A stretch of DNA of 64,000 nucleotides, from contig NC_091475.1 of assembly GCF_036971445.1 (NCBI RefSeq), forward strand, positions 5,642,001 through 5,706,000, read 5' to 3'. The stretch comes from Narcine bancroftii (taxonomy: Eukaryota). Both the position numbers and the translations under genes were made by a program. Below are positions 51,401 through 62,870 of this stretch, piece after piece. How positions within the stretch are numbered: the first letter of the stretch is position 1; every line of letters begins with the position of its first letter. Under the pieces are notes generated by a model, which saw only the letters and a list, made by a program, of their open reading frames with translations, made no database searches and had not been told where the DNA came from.

Positions 51401-54400
51401 TATAGAGAGGGGGTACAGGGGGATGTGTTTATAGAGAGGGGGGGTACAGGGGATGTGTTTATAGAGAGGGGGTACAGGGGATGTGTTTGTAGAGAGGGGG
51501 GTACAGGGGATGTGTTTATAGAGAGGGGGTACAGGGGATGTGTTTGTAGAGAGGGAGGTACAGGGGATGTGTTTATAGAGAGGGGGTACAGGGGGTTGTG
51601 TTTATAGCGAGGGGGTGTACAAGGGATGTGTTTATAGAGGGGGGGTACAGGGGGATGTGTTTATAGAGAGGGGGGTACAAGGGATGTGTTTATAGAGGGG
51701 GGGGTACAGGGGGATGTGTTTATAGAGCGAGGGTGTACAGAGGGATGTGTTTATAGAGAGGGGGGTACAGAGGGATGTGTTTATAGAGGGAGGGGTACAG
51801 GGGGATGTGTTTATAGAGAGGGGGGTACAGGGGGATGTGTTTATAGAGGGAGGGGTACAGGGGGATGTGTTTATAAAGGGAGGGGTACAGGGGAATGTGT
51901 TTATAGAGAGGGGGGTACAGGGGGATGTGTTTAAAGAGAGGGAGGGGTACAGGGGGATGTGTTTATAGAGAGGGAGGGGTACAGGGGATGTGTTTATAGA
52001 GAGGGGGGTACAGGGGGATGTGTTTATAGTGGGAGGGGTACAGGTGGATGTGTTTATAGAGAGAGGGTGTACAGAGGGATGTGTTTATAGAGATAGGGGT
52101 ACAGGGGGATGTGTTTGTAGAGGGAGGGGTACAGGGGATGTGTTTATAGGGAGGGGGGGTACAGGGGGATGTGTTTATAGAGAGGGGGTACAGGGGGATG
52201 TGTTTATAGAGAGGGGGTTACAGGGGGATGTGTTTATAGAGCGAGGGTGTACAGAGGGATGTGTTTATAGAGAGGGGGGTACAGAGGGATGTGTTTATAG
52301 AGGGAGGGGTACAGGGGGATGTGTTTATAGAGAGGGGGGTACAGGGGATGTGTTTATAGAGAGGGGGTACAGGGGGTTGTGTTTATAGCGAGGGGTTGTA
52401 CAAGGGATGTGTTTATAGAGGGGGGTACAGGGGGATGTGTTTATAGAGAGGGGGGTACAAGGGATGTGTTTATAGAGGGGGGGGTACAGGGGGATGTGTT
52501 TATAGAGCGAGGGTGTACAGAGGGATGTGTTTATAGAGAGGGGGGTACAGAGGGATGTGTTTATAGAGGGAGGGGTACAGGGGGATGTGTTTATAGAGAG
52601 GGGGGTACAGGGGGATGTGTTTATAGAGGGAGGGGTACAGGGGGATGTGTTTATAAAGGGAGGGGTACAGGGGAATGTGTTTATAGAGAGGGGGGTACAG
52701 GGGGATGTGTTTAAAGAGAGGGAGGGGTACAGGGGGATGTGTTTATAGAGAGGGAGGGGTACAGGGGATGTGTTTATAGAGAGGGGGGTACAGGGGGATG
52801 TGTTTATAGAGAGGGGGGTACAGGGGGATGTGTTTATAGAGAGGGGAGTACAGGGGGTTGTGTTTATAGAGGGGAGTACAGGGGGATGTGTTTATAGAGA
52901 GGGGGTACAGGGGGATGTTTATAGAGAGGGGGGTACAGGGGGATGTGTTTATAGAGAGGGGAGTACAGGGGGTTGTGTTTATAGAGGGGAGTACAGGGGG
53001 ATGTGTTTATAGAGAGGGGGTACAGGGGGATGTGTTTATAGAGAGGGGGGGTGCAGGGGATGTGTTTATAGAGAGGGGGTACAGGGGATGTGTTTGTAGA
53101 GAGGGGGGTACAGGGGATGTGTTTATAGAGAGGGGGTACAGGGGATGTGTTTGTAGAGAGGGGGGTACAGGGGATGTGTTTATAGAGAGGGGGTACAGGG
53201 GATGTGTTTGTAGAGAGGGGGGTACAGGGGATGTGTTTATAGAGAGGGGCTACAGGGGATGTGTTTGTAGAGAGGGGGGTACAGGGGATGTGTTTATAGA
53301 GGGGGGGTACAGGGGGATGTGTTTATAGAGAGGGGGGGTGCAGGGGATGTGTTTGTAGAGAGGGAGGTACAGGGGATGTGTTTATAGAGAGGGGGTACAG
53401 GGGGTTGTGTTTATAGCGAGGGGGTGTACAAGGGATGTGTTTATAGAGGGGGGGTACAGGGGGATGTGTTTATAGAGAGGGGGGTACAAGGGATGTGTTT
53501 ATAGAGGGGGGGGTACAGGGGGATGTGTTTATAGAGCGAGGGTGTACAGAGGGATGTGTTTATAGAGAGGGGGGTACAGAGGGATGTGTTTATAGAGGGA
53601 GGGGTACAGGGGGATGTGTTTATAGAGAGGGGGGTACAGGGGGATGTGTTTATAGAGGGAGGGGTACAGGGGGATGTGTTTATAAAGGGAGGGGTACAGG
53701 GGAATGTGTTTATAGAGAGGGGGGTACAGGGGGATGTGTTTAAAGAGAGGGAGGGGTACAGGGGGATGTGTTTATAGTGAGGGAGGGGTACAGCGAATGT
53801 GTTTATAGAGAGGGGGGTACAGGGGGATGTGTTTATAGAGAGGGGGGTACAGGGGGATGTGTTTATAGAGAGGGGAGTACAGGGGGTTGTGTTTATAGAG
53901 GGGAGTACAGGGGGATGTGTTTATAGAGAGGGGGTACAGGGGGATGTTTATAGAGAGGGGGGTACAGGGGGATGTGTTTATAGAGAGGGGAGTACAGGGG
54001 GTTGTGTTTATAGAGGGGAGTACAGGGGGATGTGTTTATAGAGAGGGGGTACAGGGGGATGTGTTTATAGAGAGGGGGGGTGCAGGGGATGTGTTTATAG
54101 AGAGGGGGTACAGGGGATGTGTTTGTAGAGAGGGGGGTACAGGGGATGTGTTTATAGAGAGGGGGTACAGGGGATGTGTTTGTAGAGAGGGGGTACAGGG
54201 GATGTGTTTATAGAGAGGGGGTACAGGGGGTTGTGTTTATAGCGAGGGGGTGTACAAGGGATGTGTTTATAGAGGGGGGGGGTACAGGGGGTTGTGTTTA
54301 TAGCGAGGGGGTGTACAAGGGATGTGTTTATAGAGGGGGGGTACAGGGGGATGTGTTTATAGAGAGGGGGGTACAAGGGATGTGTTTATAGAGGGGGGGG

Positions 54401-57400
54401 GTACAGGGGGATGTGTTTATAGAGAGGGAGGGGTACAGGGGATGTGTTTATAGAGAGGGGGGTACAGGGGGATGTGTTTATAGTGGGAGGGGTACAGGTG
54501 GATGTGTTTATAGAGAGAGGGTGTACAGAGGGATGTGTTTATAGAGATAGGGGTACAGGGGGATGTGTTTGTAGAGGGAGGGGTACAGGGGATGTGTTTA
54601 TAGGGAGGGGGGGTACAGGGGGATGTGTTTATAGAGAGGGGGTACAGGGGGATGTGTTTATAGAGAGGGGGTTACAGGGGGATGTGTTTATAGAGCGAGG
54701 GTGTACAGAGGGATGTGTTTATAGAGAGGGGGGTACAGAGGGATGTGTTTATAGAGGGAGGGGTACAGGGGGATGTGTTTATAGAGAGGGGGGTACAGGG
54801 GATGTGTTTATAGAGAGGGGGTACAGGGGGTTGTGTTTATAGCGAGGGGTTGTACAAGGGATGTGTTTATAGAGGGGGGTACAGGGGGATGTGTTTATAG
54901 AGAGGGGGGTACAAGGGATGTGTTTATAGAGGGGGGGGTACAGGGGGATGTGTTTATAGAGCGAGGGTGTACAGAGGGATGTGTTTATAGAGAGGGGGGT
55001 ACAGAGGGATGTGTTTATAGAGGGAGGGGTACAGGGGGATGTGTTTATAGAGAGGGGGGTACAGGGGGATGTGTTTATAGAGGGAGGGGTACAGGGGGAT
55101 GTGTTTATAAAGGGAGGGGTACAGGGGAATGTGTTTATAGAGAGGGGGGTACAGGGGGATGTGTTTAAAGAGAGGGAGGGGTACAGGGGGATGTGTTTAT
55201 AGAGAGGGAGGGGTACAGGGGATGTGTTTATAGAGAGGGGGGTACAGGGGGATGTGTTTATAGAGAGGGGGGTACAGGGGGATGTGTTTATAGAGAGGGG
55301 AGTACAGGGGGTTGTGTTTATAGAGGGGAGTACAGGGGGATGTGTTTATAGAGAGGGGGTACAGGGGGATGTTTATAGAGAGGGGGGTACAGGGGGATGT
55401 GTTTATAGAGAGGGGAGTACAGGGGGTTGTGTTTATAGAGGGGAGTACAGGGGGATGTGTTTATAGAGAGGGGGTACAGGGGGATGTGTTTATAGAGAGG
55501 GGGGGTGCAGGGGATGTGTTTATAGAGAGGGGGTACAGGGGATGTGTTTGTAGAGAGGGGGGTACAGGGGATGTGTTTATAGAGAGGGGGTACAGGGGAT
55601 GTGTTTGTAGAGAGGGGGGTACAGGGGATGTGTTTATAGAGAGGGGGTACAGGGGATGTGTTTGTAGAGAGGGGGGTACAGGGGATGTGTTTATAGAGAG
55701 GGGCTACAGGGGATGTGTTTGTAGAGAGGGGGGTACAGGGGATGTGTTTATAGAGGGGGGGTACAGGGGGATGTGTTTATAGAGAGGGGGGGTGCAGGGG
55801 ATGTGTTTGTAGAGAGGGAGGTACAGGGGATGTGTTTATAGAGAGGGGGTACAGGGGGTTGTGTTTATAGCGAGGGGGTGTACAAGGGATGTGTTTATAG
55901 AGGGGGGGTACAGGGGGATGTGTTTATAGAGAGGGGGGTACAAGGGATGTGTTTATAGAGGGGGGGGTACAGGGGGATGTGTTTATAGAGCGAGGGTGTA
56001 CAGAGGGATGTGTTTATAGAGAGGGGGGTACAGAGGGATGTGTTTATAGAGGGAGGGGTACAGGGGGATGTGTTTATAGAGAGGGGGGTACAGGGGGATG
56101 TGTTTATAGAGGGAGGGGTACAGGGGGATGTGTTTATAAAGGGAGGGGTACAGGGGAATGTGTTTATAGAGAGGGGGGTACAGGGGGATGTGTTTAAAGA
56201 GAGGGAGGGGTACAGGGGGATGTGTTTATAGAGAGGGAGGGGTACAGCGAATGTGTTTATAGAGAGGGGGGTACAGGGGGATGTGTTTATAGAGAGGGGG
56301 GTACAGGTGGATGTGTTTATAGAGAGGGGAGTACAGGGGGTTGTGTTTATAGAGGGGAGTACAGGGGGATGTGTTTATAGAGAGGGGGTACAGGGGGATG
56401 TTTATAGAGAGGGGGGTACAGGGGGATGTGTTTATAGAGAGGGGAGTACAGGGGGTTGTGTTTATAGAGGGGAGTACAGGGGGATGTGTTTATAGAGAGG
56501 GGGTACAGGGGGATGTGTTTATAGAGAGGGGGGGTGCAGGGGATGTGTTTATAGAGAGGGGGTACAGGGGATGTGTTTGTAGAGAGGGGGGTACAGGGGA
56601 TGTGTTTATAGAGAGGGGGTACAGGGGATGTGTTTGTAGAGAGGGGGTACAGGGGATGTGTTTATAGAGAGGGGGTACAGGGGGTTGTGTTTATAGCGAG
56701 GGGGTGTACAAGGGATGTGTTTATAGAGGGGGGGTACAGGGGGTTGTGTTTATAGCGAGGGGGTGTACAAGGGATGTGTTTATAGAGGGGGGGTACAGGG
56801 GGATGTGTTTATAGAGAGGGGGGTACAAGGGATGTGTTTATAGAGGGGGGGGTACAGGGGGATGTGTTTATAGAGCGAGGGTGTACAGAGGGATGTGTTT
56901 ATAGAGAGGGGGGTACAGAGGGATGTGTTTATAGAGGGAGGGGTACAGGGGGATGTGTTTATAGAGAGGGGGGTACAGAGGGATGTGTTTATAGAGGGAG
57001 GGGTACAGGGGGATGTGTTTATAGAGAGGGGGGTACAGGGGGATGTGTTTATAAAGGGAAGGGTACAGGGGAATGTGTTTATAGAGGGGGGGTACAGGGG
57101 GATGTGTTTATAAAGGGATGGGTACAGGGGGATGTGTTTATAGAGAGGGGGGTACAGGGGGATGTGTTTATAAAGGGAGGGGTACAGGGGAATGTGTTTA
57201 TAGAGAGGGGGGTACAGGGGGATGTGTTTATAGAGAGGGGGTACAGGGGGATGTGTTTATAGAGAGGGGGGTACAGGGGATGTGTTTATAGAGAGGGGGT
57301 ACAGGGGATGTGTTTATAGAGAGGGGGTACAGGGGGATATGTTTATAGAGAGGGGGGTACAGGGGAATGTGTTTATAGAGAGGGGGGTACAGGGGGATGT

Positions 57401-58650
57401 GTTTATAGAGAGGGGAGTACAGGGGGTTGTGTTTATAGAGTGGAGTACAGGGGGATGTGTTTATAGAGAGGGGGTACAGGGGGATGTGTTTATAGAGAGG
57501 GGGGGTACAGGGGATGTGTTTATAGAGAGGGGGTACAGGGGATGTGTTTGTAGAGAGGGGGGTACAGGGGATGTGTTTATAGAGAGGGGGTACAGGGGAT
57601 GTGTTTGTAGAGAGGGAGGTACAGGGGATGTGTTTATAGAGAGGGGGTACAGGGGGTTGTGTTTATAGCGAGGGGTTGTACAAGGGATGTGTTTATAGAG
57701 GGGGGTACAGGGGATGTGTTTATAGAGAGGGGGGTACAAGGGATGTGTTTATAGAGGGGGGGTACAGGGGGATGTGTTTATAGAGCGAGGGTGTACAGAG
57801 GGATGTGTTTATAGAGAGGGGGGTACAGAGGGATGTGTTTATAGAGGGAGGGGTACAGGGGGATGTGTTTATAGAGAGGGGGGTACAGGGGGATGTGTTT
57901 ATAGAGGGAGGGGTACAGGGGGATGTGTTTATAAAGGGAGGGGTACAGGGGAATGTGTTTATAGAGAGGGGGGTACAGGGGGATGTGTTTAAAGAGAGGG
58001 AGGGGTACAGGGGGATGTGTTTATAGAGAGGGAGGGGTACAGGGGATGTGTTTATAGAGAGGGGGGTACAGGGGGATGTGTTTATAGAGAGGGGGGTACA
58101 GGGGGATGTGTTTATAGAGAGGGGAGTACAGGGGGTTGTGTTTATAGAGGGGAGTACAGGGGGATGTGTTTATAGAGAGGGGGTACAGGGGGATGTTTAT
58201 AGAGAGGGGGGTACAGGGGGATGTGTTTATAGAGAGGGGAGTACAGGGGGTTGTGTTTATAGAGGGGAGTACAGGGGGATGTGTTTATAGAGAGGGGGTA
58301 CAGGGGGATGTGTTTATAGAGAGGGGGGGTGCAGGGGATGTGTTTATAGAGAGGGGGTACAGGGGATGTGTTTGTAGAGAGGGGGGTACAGGGGATGTGT
58401 TTATAGAGAGGGGGTACAGGGGATGTGTTTGTAGAGAGGGGGGTACAGGGGATGTGTTTATAGAGAGGGGGTACAGGGGATGTGTTTGTAGAGAGGGGGG
58501 TACAGGGGATGTGTTTATAGAGGGGGGGTACAGGGGGATGTGTTTATAGAGAGGGGGGTACAGAGGGATGTGTTTATAGAGGGAGGGGTACAGGGGGATG
58601 TGTTTATAAAGGGAGGGGTACAGGGGGATGTGTTTATAGAGGGGGGGGGG
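45460..58650. repeat. ~13.2 kb G-rich minisatellite, unit ~29-31 bp GGGTACAGGGGGATGTGTTTATAGAGAGGGG
   Basis: Uninterrupted tandem array, roughly 430 units estimated from length/unit. Confidence 0.99.
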
Positions 58651-58980
58651 TGGGCACGAACCGACGGCCTGTCTCCAAGGCGGATCCCCCGCGGCCACGT
58701 CTCCTTCCTCCGCAGCCTCGGAGCGGCTGAAGGCGCGACTCCTCCCCCCTCCTCCTCGCTGACATGCGCCATGGGCCGGCTCGGGCCTGGGCTCGGATCG
58801 ACGAGGGCGGGGACCCCGGCCGGGGCCTCTCGGGAAGGCGGCCCAGCGATGACGTGAGCTCGGTGCCGCAGTGGAGCCGGGCCCCGCCGCTGCAGCAGAG
58901 GCCGTTGCCGTGGGCCTGGGAGGGCCGCAAACCTCCCCGCACCCCCCTGGCCGCCCCCGCCGCAGGTTTTCCGGGGTAGG
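58651..58980. promoter_or_regulatory. CpG island, probable SENP7 promoter/first exon (possibly shared with FAM172B)
   Basis: CpG-dense unique sequence between two repeat blocks; CRE-like TGACGT and candidate donor AC|gtgagc at 58853/58854. Confidence 0.65.
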
Positions 58981-59063
58981 GGGTGGTTGTTGGGGGGGGG
59001 GGTGGGTTCGGCGATGATGGGGATTGGCGCAATGGGTGGGGTTGGGGCTGGCTGGAGGGCTAG

Positions 59064-59690
59064 ATGGGGGTGGGGGGGCTGAATGGGGGTTGGGGGGCTG
59101 AATGGGGGTGGGGGGGTGAATGGGGGTGGGGGGGTGAATGGGGGTGGGGGGGTGAATGGGGGTGGGGGGGTGAATGGGGGTGGGGGGGTGAATGGGGGTG
59201 GGGGGGTGAATGGGGGGTGGGGGGGCTGAATGGGGGGTGGGGTTGGGGAAGTGGGCTCGTATGGAGGATTGCTGGGTTGTTGGGGACTGAGTGAGGGGGT
59301 GTTTGTTGGGGGGTGGGGTGGCGGGGTGGTTGGGGTGGTGGAGGTGCGGGGGTTGGTGGGGGGTGTGGAGTGGCGGGGGTTGGTGGGGGATGGAGTGGCG
59401 GGGGTTGGTGGGGGATGGAGTGGCGGGGGTTGGTGGGGGATGGAGTGGCGGGGGTTGGTGGGGGATGGAGTGGCGGGGGTTGGTGGGGATGGAGTGGCGG
59501 GGCTTGGTGGGGGATGGAGTGGCGGGGGTTGGTGGGGGATGGAGTGGCGGGGGTTGGTGGGGGATGGAGTGGCGGGGCTTGGTGGGGGATGGAGTGGCGG
59601 GGCTTGGTGGGGGATGGAGTGGCGGGGGTTGGTGGGGGATGGAGTGGCGGGGGTTGGTGGGGGATGGAGTGGCGGGGCTTGTTGGGGGAT
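59064..59690. repeat. Two G-rich tandem repeats (18 bp TGAATGGGGGTGGGGGGG; ~25 bp GGTTGGTGGGGGATGGAGTGGCGGG)
   Basis: Directly visible at ~59075-59240 and ~59350-59680. Confidence 0.92.
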
Positions 59691-60749
59691 GAGGGGCGTT
59701 GGGCAGGAGGTTGGTGGGGCGGGGTTGTTGGGCAGGTGGGTGGAGGGGTGAGGAAGTGGGGGAAGTTGCAAGCCCAGATGTGACCCAATGCGTTGGTGTG
59801 TGGTTGGCTTTGGCTGCATACGTCTTATTTGCTGAGAAGTTCCATGTATTCAGCTGCAGAAAACCTATAAACTCCCTTTGCAGTATCAAAAACAAACCTT
59901 TTCTTGATTTGTATTCCTTTCGAAATTCTGTCATTGATGTGATATTCCAACGTTTATCAAAGGGAGCAGGAATCGCAGTTGCAATGTTTAAATTGACGTT
60001 TATCTTTGCACCACACACACTTCCTGGAAATGACTGCATTTATGTTGATATTTTTATATCTGTATCTTGTAGATTTCCAACAAATGAAAGTGGTTGGTGT
60101 AATAGTACCAGTATAAATTAAAAATTCACTTACTACCACACCAGTTTCCACTGTTTACAGTGTGTCAGAGACCCAGCGCTCTATTTGACACAGTGGTGTG
60201 TCACTTGTAAACCACTGAAGAAATATGAAATGTACTACTATATTGTCAGTACTTAAATTGGGGTTTGGATTGGAATGAACTGGCATTCTGTTAACACAGC
60301 AGTAAACAAAATTGATATTAGATTTGCTGTCTTGTTTCTGTTGGTATTGTCATTACCAGGACTTGTAATATTACCGTCACATTGCTGAATCAGAGTTGAA
60401 AGTGAATTAAATTTGAGGTGTTTGTAGATGGTTCCATGAGGGTGCAATGATGTTAATTAATATTTGTAATGTTGGGACATCATGATTTCTGAGCAGACTG
60501 GAAAGACACCAAAATGGCGTTGCTGCAAATAGCTTAATATGTAATTAAATAATTACCCATTTTACCCAAATGACCCATTGGTCATTTCTTTTTTGGCCCC
60601 CTTCCTCCAGTTCCAGCGTGGGTGCTCTATTCTTCAGCAAACATGCTGAAGGTATGGAGGCCTTGGACACTTTAGTTTCCCCAGTCTTCCTTTATTCATC
60701 ACAAATTACATGAAAATGTCATGTAATTTGAGTGATTAAGGACTAACAT

Positions 60750-61575
60750 AGGACAAAAGTGGTTATCCTGGAGAATCCAGAAACAGAAGCGACCATATTG
60801 ATCTGGGTTTAAGGTAAAGCTGAGCATGTGGTATTATGTGGATAGAAGATTGGTTGACTGGCAGAAAGCAAAGTGTGAGAGGGGACTTTTTCTGCTTGGC
60901 TGCTGGTGATGAGTAGTGTTCTGCAGATATTGGTATTGTTCACATACGTAAGTGATTTGGATAATGGAATTGATGGCTCTCTGGCCAAATTTGCGGATGA
61001 CATGAAGTTGTTGGGGGTGGGGGGGGGGGGGCGGGCGCAGGCTGTGTGAATGAAGTAGGGAATTGGTTGGTCATATATCTTTACCTCCCATTGACACTGC
61101 AAAGCTGGCTGAGTTCCTCAGTATTTCTATGTTTTTACTACCATCACAGTGTCTGCAGACTTTCATGTTTCACTCTCTGCAGAGGAACTTGGACAAGTAG
61201 GGGGAAATGGGCAAAAAATGTGCAAGGTGAGTGGTCATGCACATGAGCAGAAGGTATTGAGATGTAGACTATTTCTAGATGGGGAAATATTAAAAAACCA
61301 GAGGTCCAAAGGGACTTGGGAGTCCTGTGCAGGAGTCACTAAAAGTTAAGTTGCAGGTTGAGGTTAGGAAGAAAAATGCAGTGTTGGCATTCATTTTAAG
61401 AGGAGACAAATTTAAAAGCAAGGATACAAAGTTTCGGCATTGTAAGGCATTGGCAGACCACACTTGGAGCATTGCGAGCAGTTTTGGGCCCCTGTGTGTT
61501 GGGTGGACAGGCCTTATTTGGGCCCAGATGTGTTACCATTGGATAGAGTCCAGAGGAGGTTTATGAAAATGATTG
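60750..61575 (+). mobile_element. Degraded CR1 RT fragment
   Basis: AKFADDMKL at ~60985; QESLKVKLQVEVRKKNAVLAFILRG. Confidence 0.75.
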
Positions 61576-61949
61576 TATGATGGAATCTTCAGCTGAGCTG
61601 TATCATTAAAGTAAAGATAGAGATCTGTGGTCATGCACAGCTCTGATGAAAGAAGTGCTAAAGGAGAATGTTATGAGGAGAAGAAAGAAGGGCTTAACCT
61701 AAACACCTACAAATAGTTGAGCCCAGTATTGATTCCTTTTGTATCCCACTGGTTCCTGATGGCCAGGCCCATTTATCTCCTCTTTTCCTGTTAGCTAGCC
61801 TCTGACTGATTGATACTGATATATAATTTACTTTAATTTTCTCTTTTTTTAAGTGTTTTTTTAACAATCCCTTGCTGTTTTTAAATTTCATAATTTTCAA
61901 TTTCCAGATGGCATGTCTTGCTGCAATTTTCTATTGTGAATCTTAATTA

Positions 61950-62338
61950 CAGTAAGGCCCCTGGAATCTGGAATTTAAGTAAATGGTAGCCTCCAACAAC
62001 TGGCAAAAAAATCAAGGAAAATAAAAAAAAAGGGTTTTAAAAATGCGCAAGTTAGTTTGCCAATCCACTTCTAGCATGCCAGGTGATGCATACAACCAGT
62101 TCCTGCCTTGTGACCAACATAAACAGATTTCGTTCACAACGAGGCAGGTGTAAATATATAGTGCTTACTTTAAGCACCGTGTTCATGTTCACTCGCGAAG
62201 GGATGGGCCATGATGTTGATGACCCTTAAGCAGAAGATGGAGATTGCAAGAGAAAGGTGAAAGTTTCAAGCAAACGGAAAATACACTTATTTGGCATTTA
62301 CCGATCCCCATAGGTGTTGAATACCGGGGACTTTACTA
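61950..62338. mobile_element. Tigger-like MITE
   Basis: Imperfect TIRs CAGTAAGGCCCCTGGAATC...ATACCGGGGACTTTACTA with TA flanks; related end at ~35686. Confidence 0.55.
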
Positions 62339-62810
62339 TATACAGCATTGTTTCCATTGTCAGCACGCTTGATAATGCCTTCACTGAATTTGGTTGAACT
62401 AATTTGATGAGTTCATGATTTTGGTTAACATAAGACACAATGTTAAATTACTTCTATCAAGCACTCTACATCCTTGTTGCTGAGGGCAATTTGAAGTTAT
62501 TGTCAAATTTGTTGTTTTCTGCATTATAAAAATGAAGTTTGAAACCTGGAGTAGCGCTGCATTTTTTTTTAAAGATTAAACTGAATGGAAGAGCATTAGT
62601 AAATATCCAATGTTAAGCAAGAATTCCCATTTTGTCAAGTTAATTTTCCACTGGGAATTCCTTTTATGATGCTCAAGGTTTAATTTTAGCAAAAAAAACT
62701 CATGAATTTATTTTTGCATTTTGACAGCATAGCTTCCAGATTCTTTTTTAAAACATCCACAAGCTTCTGAAAATTCTGTTTGTGCACATAGGGGCTCTGC
62801 AACTACCTGG

Positions 62811-62870
62811 ATGGAGAGGCGAAGGGTCTCGACACAATCCACTGGCGAGGATCATTCAGGGACATTCAAG
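62811..62870 (+). CDS. SENP7: Probable SENP7 (SUMO protease) early coding exon, MERRRVSTQSTGEDHSGTFK
   Basis: Acceptor candidates at 62727 (ttttgacag) and 62791 (cacatag); donor AAG|gtactc. Identity rests on synteny (SENP7 is divergent from FAM172BP in human) and my recollection of an N-terminal FK-IPKKK motif in non-mammalian SENP7; no catalytic domain lies in the window. Confidence 0.45.

Noticed and set aside
45460-58650. Many 'MFIERGVQGDVF' ORFs; possible repeat protein or CRISPR-like array
   Set aside because: These are translations of a minisatellite. Unit length varies by single G indels, causing constant frameshifts. There are no unique spacers and no cas genes.
45460-58650. Immunoglobulin switch-region-like or telomeric array
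   Set aside because: No AGCT-type AID hotspot in the unit, no Ig exons nearby, and no TTAGGG repeats.
58285-60039. 584-aa and 434-aa Pro-rich ORFs
   Set aside because: Stop-free reading of C-rich tandem repeats and a CpG island, open in several frames at once.
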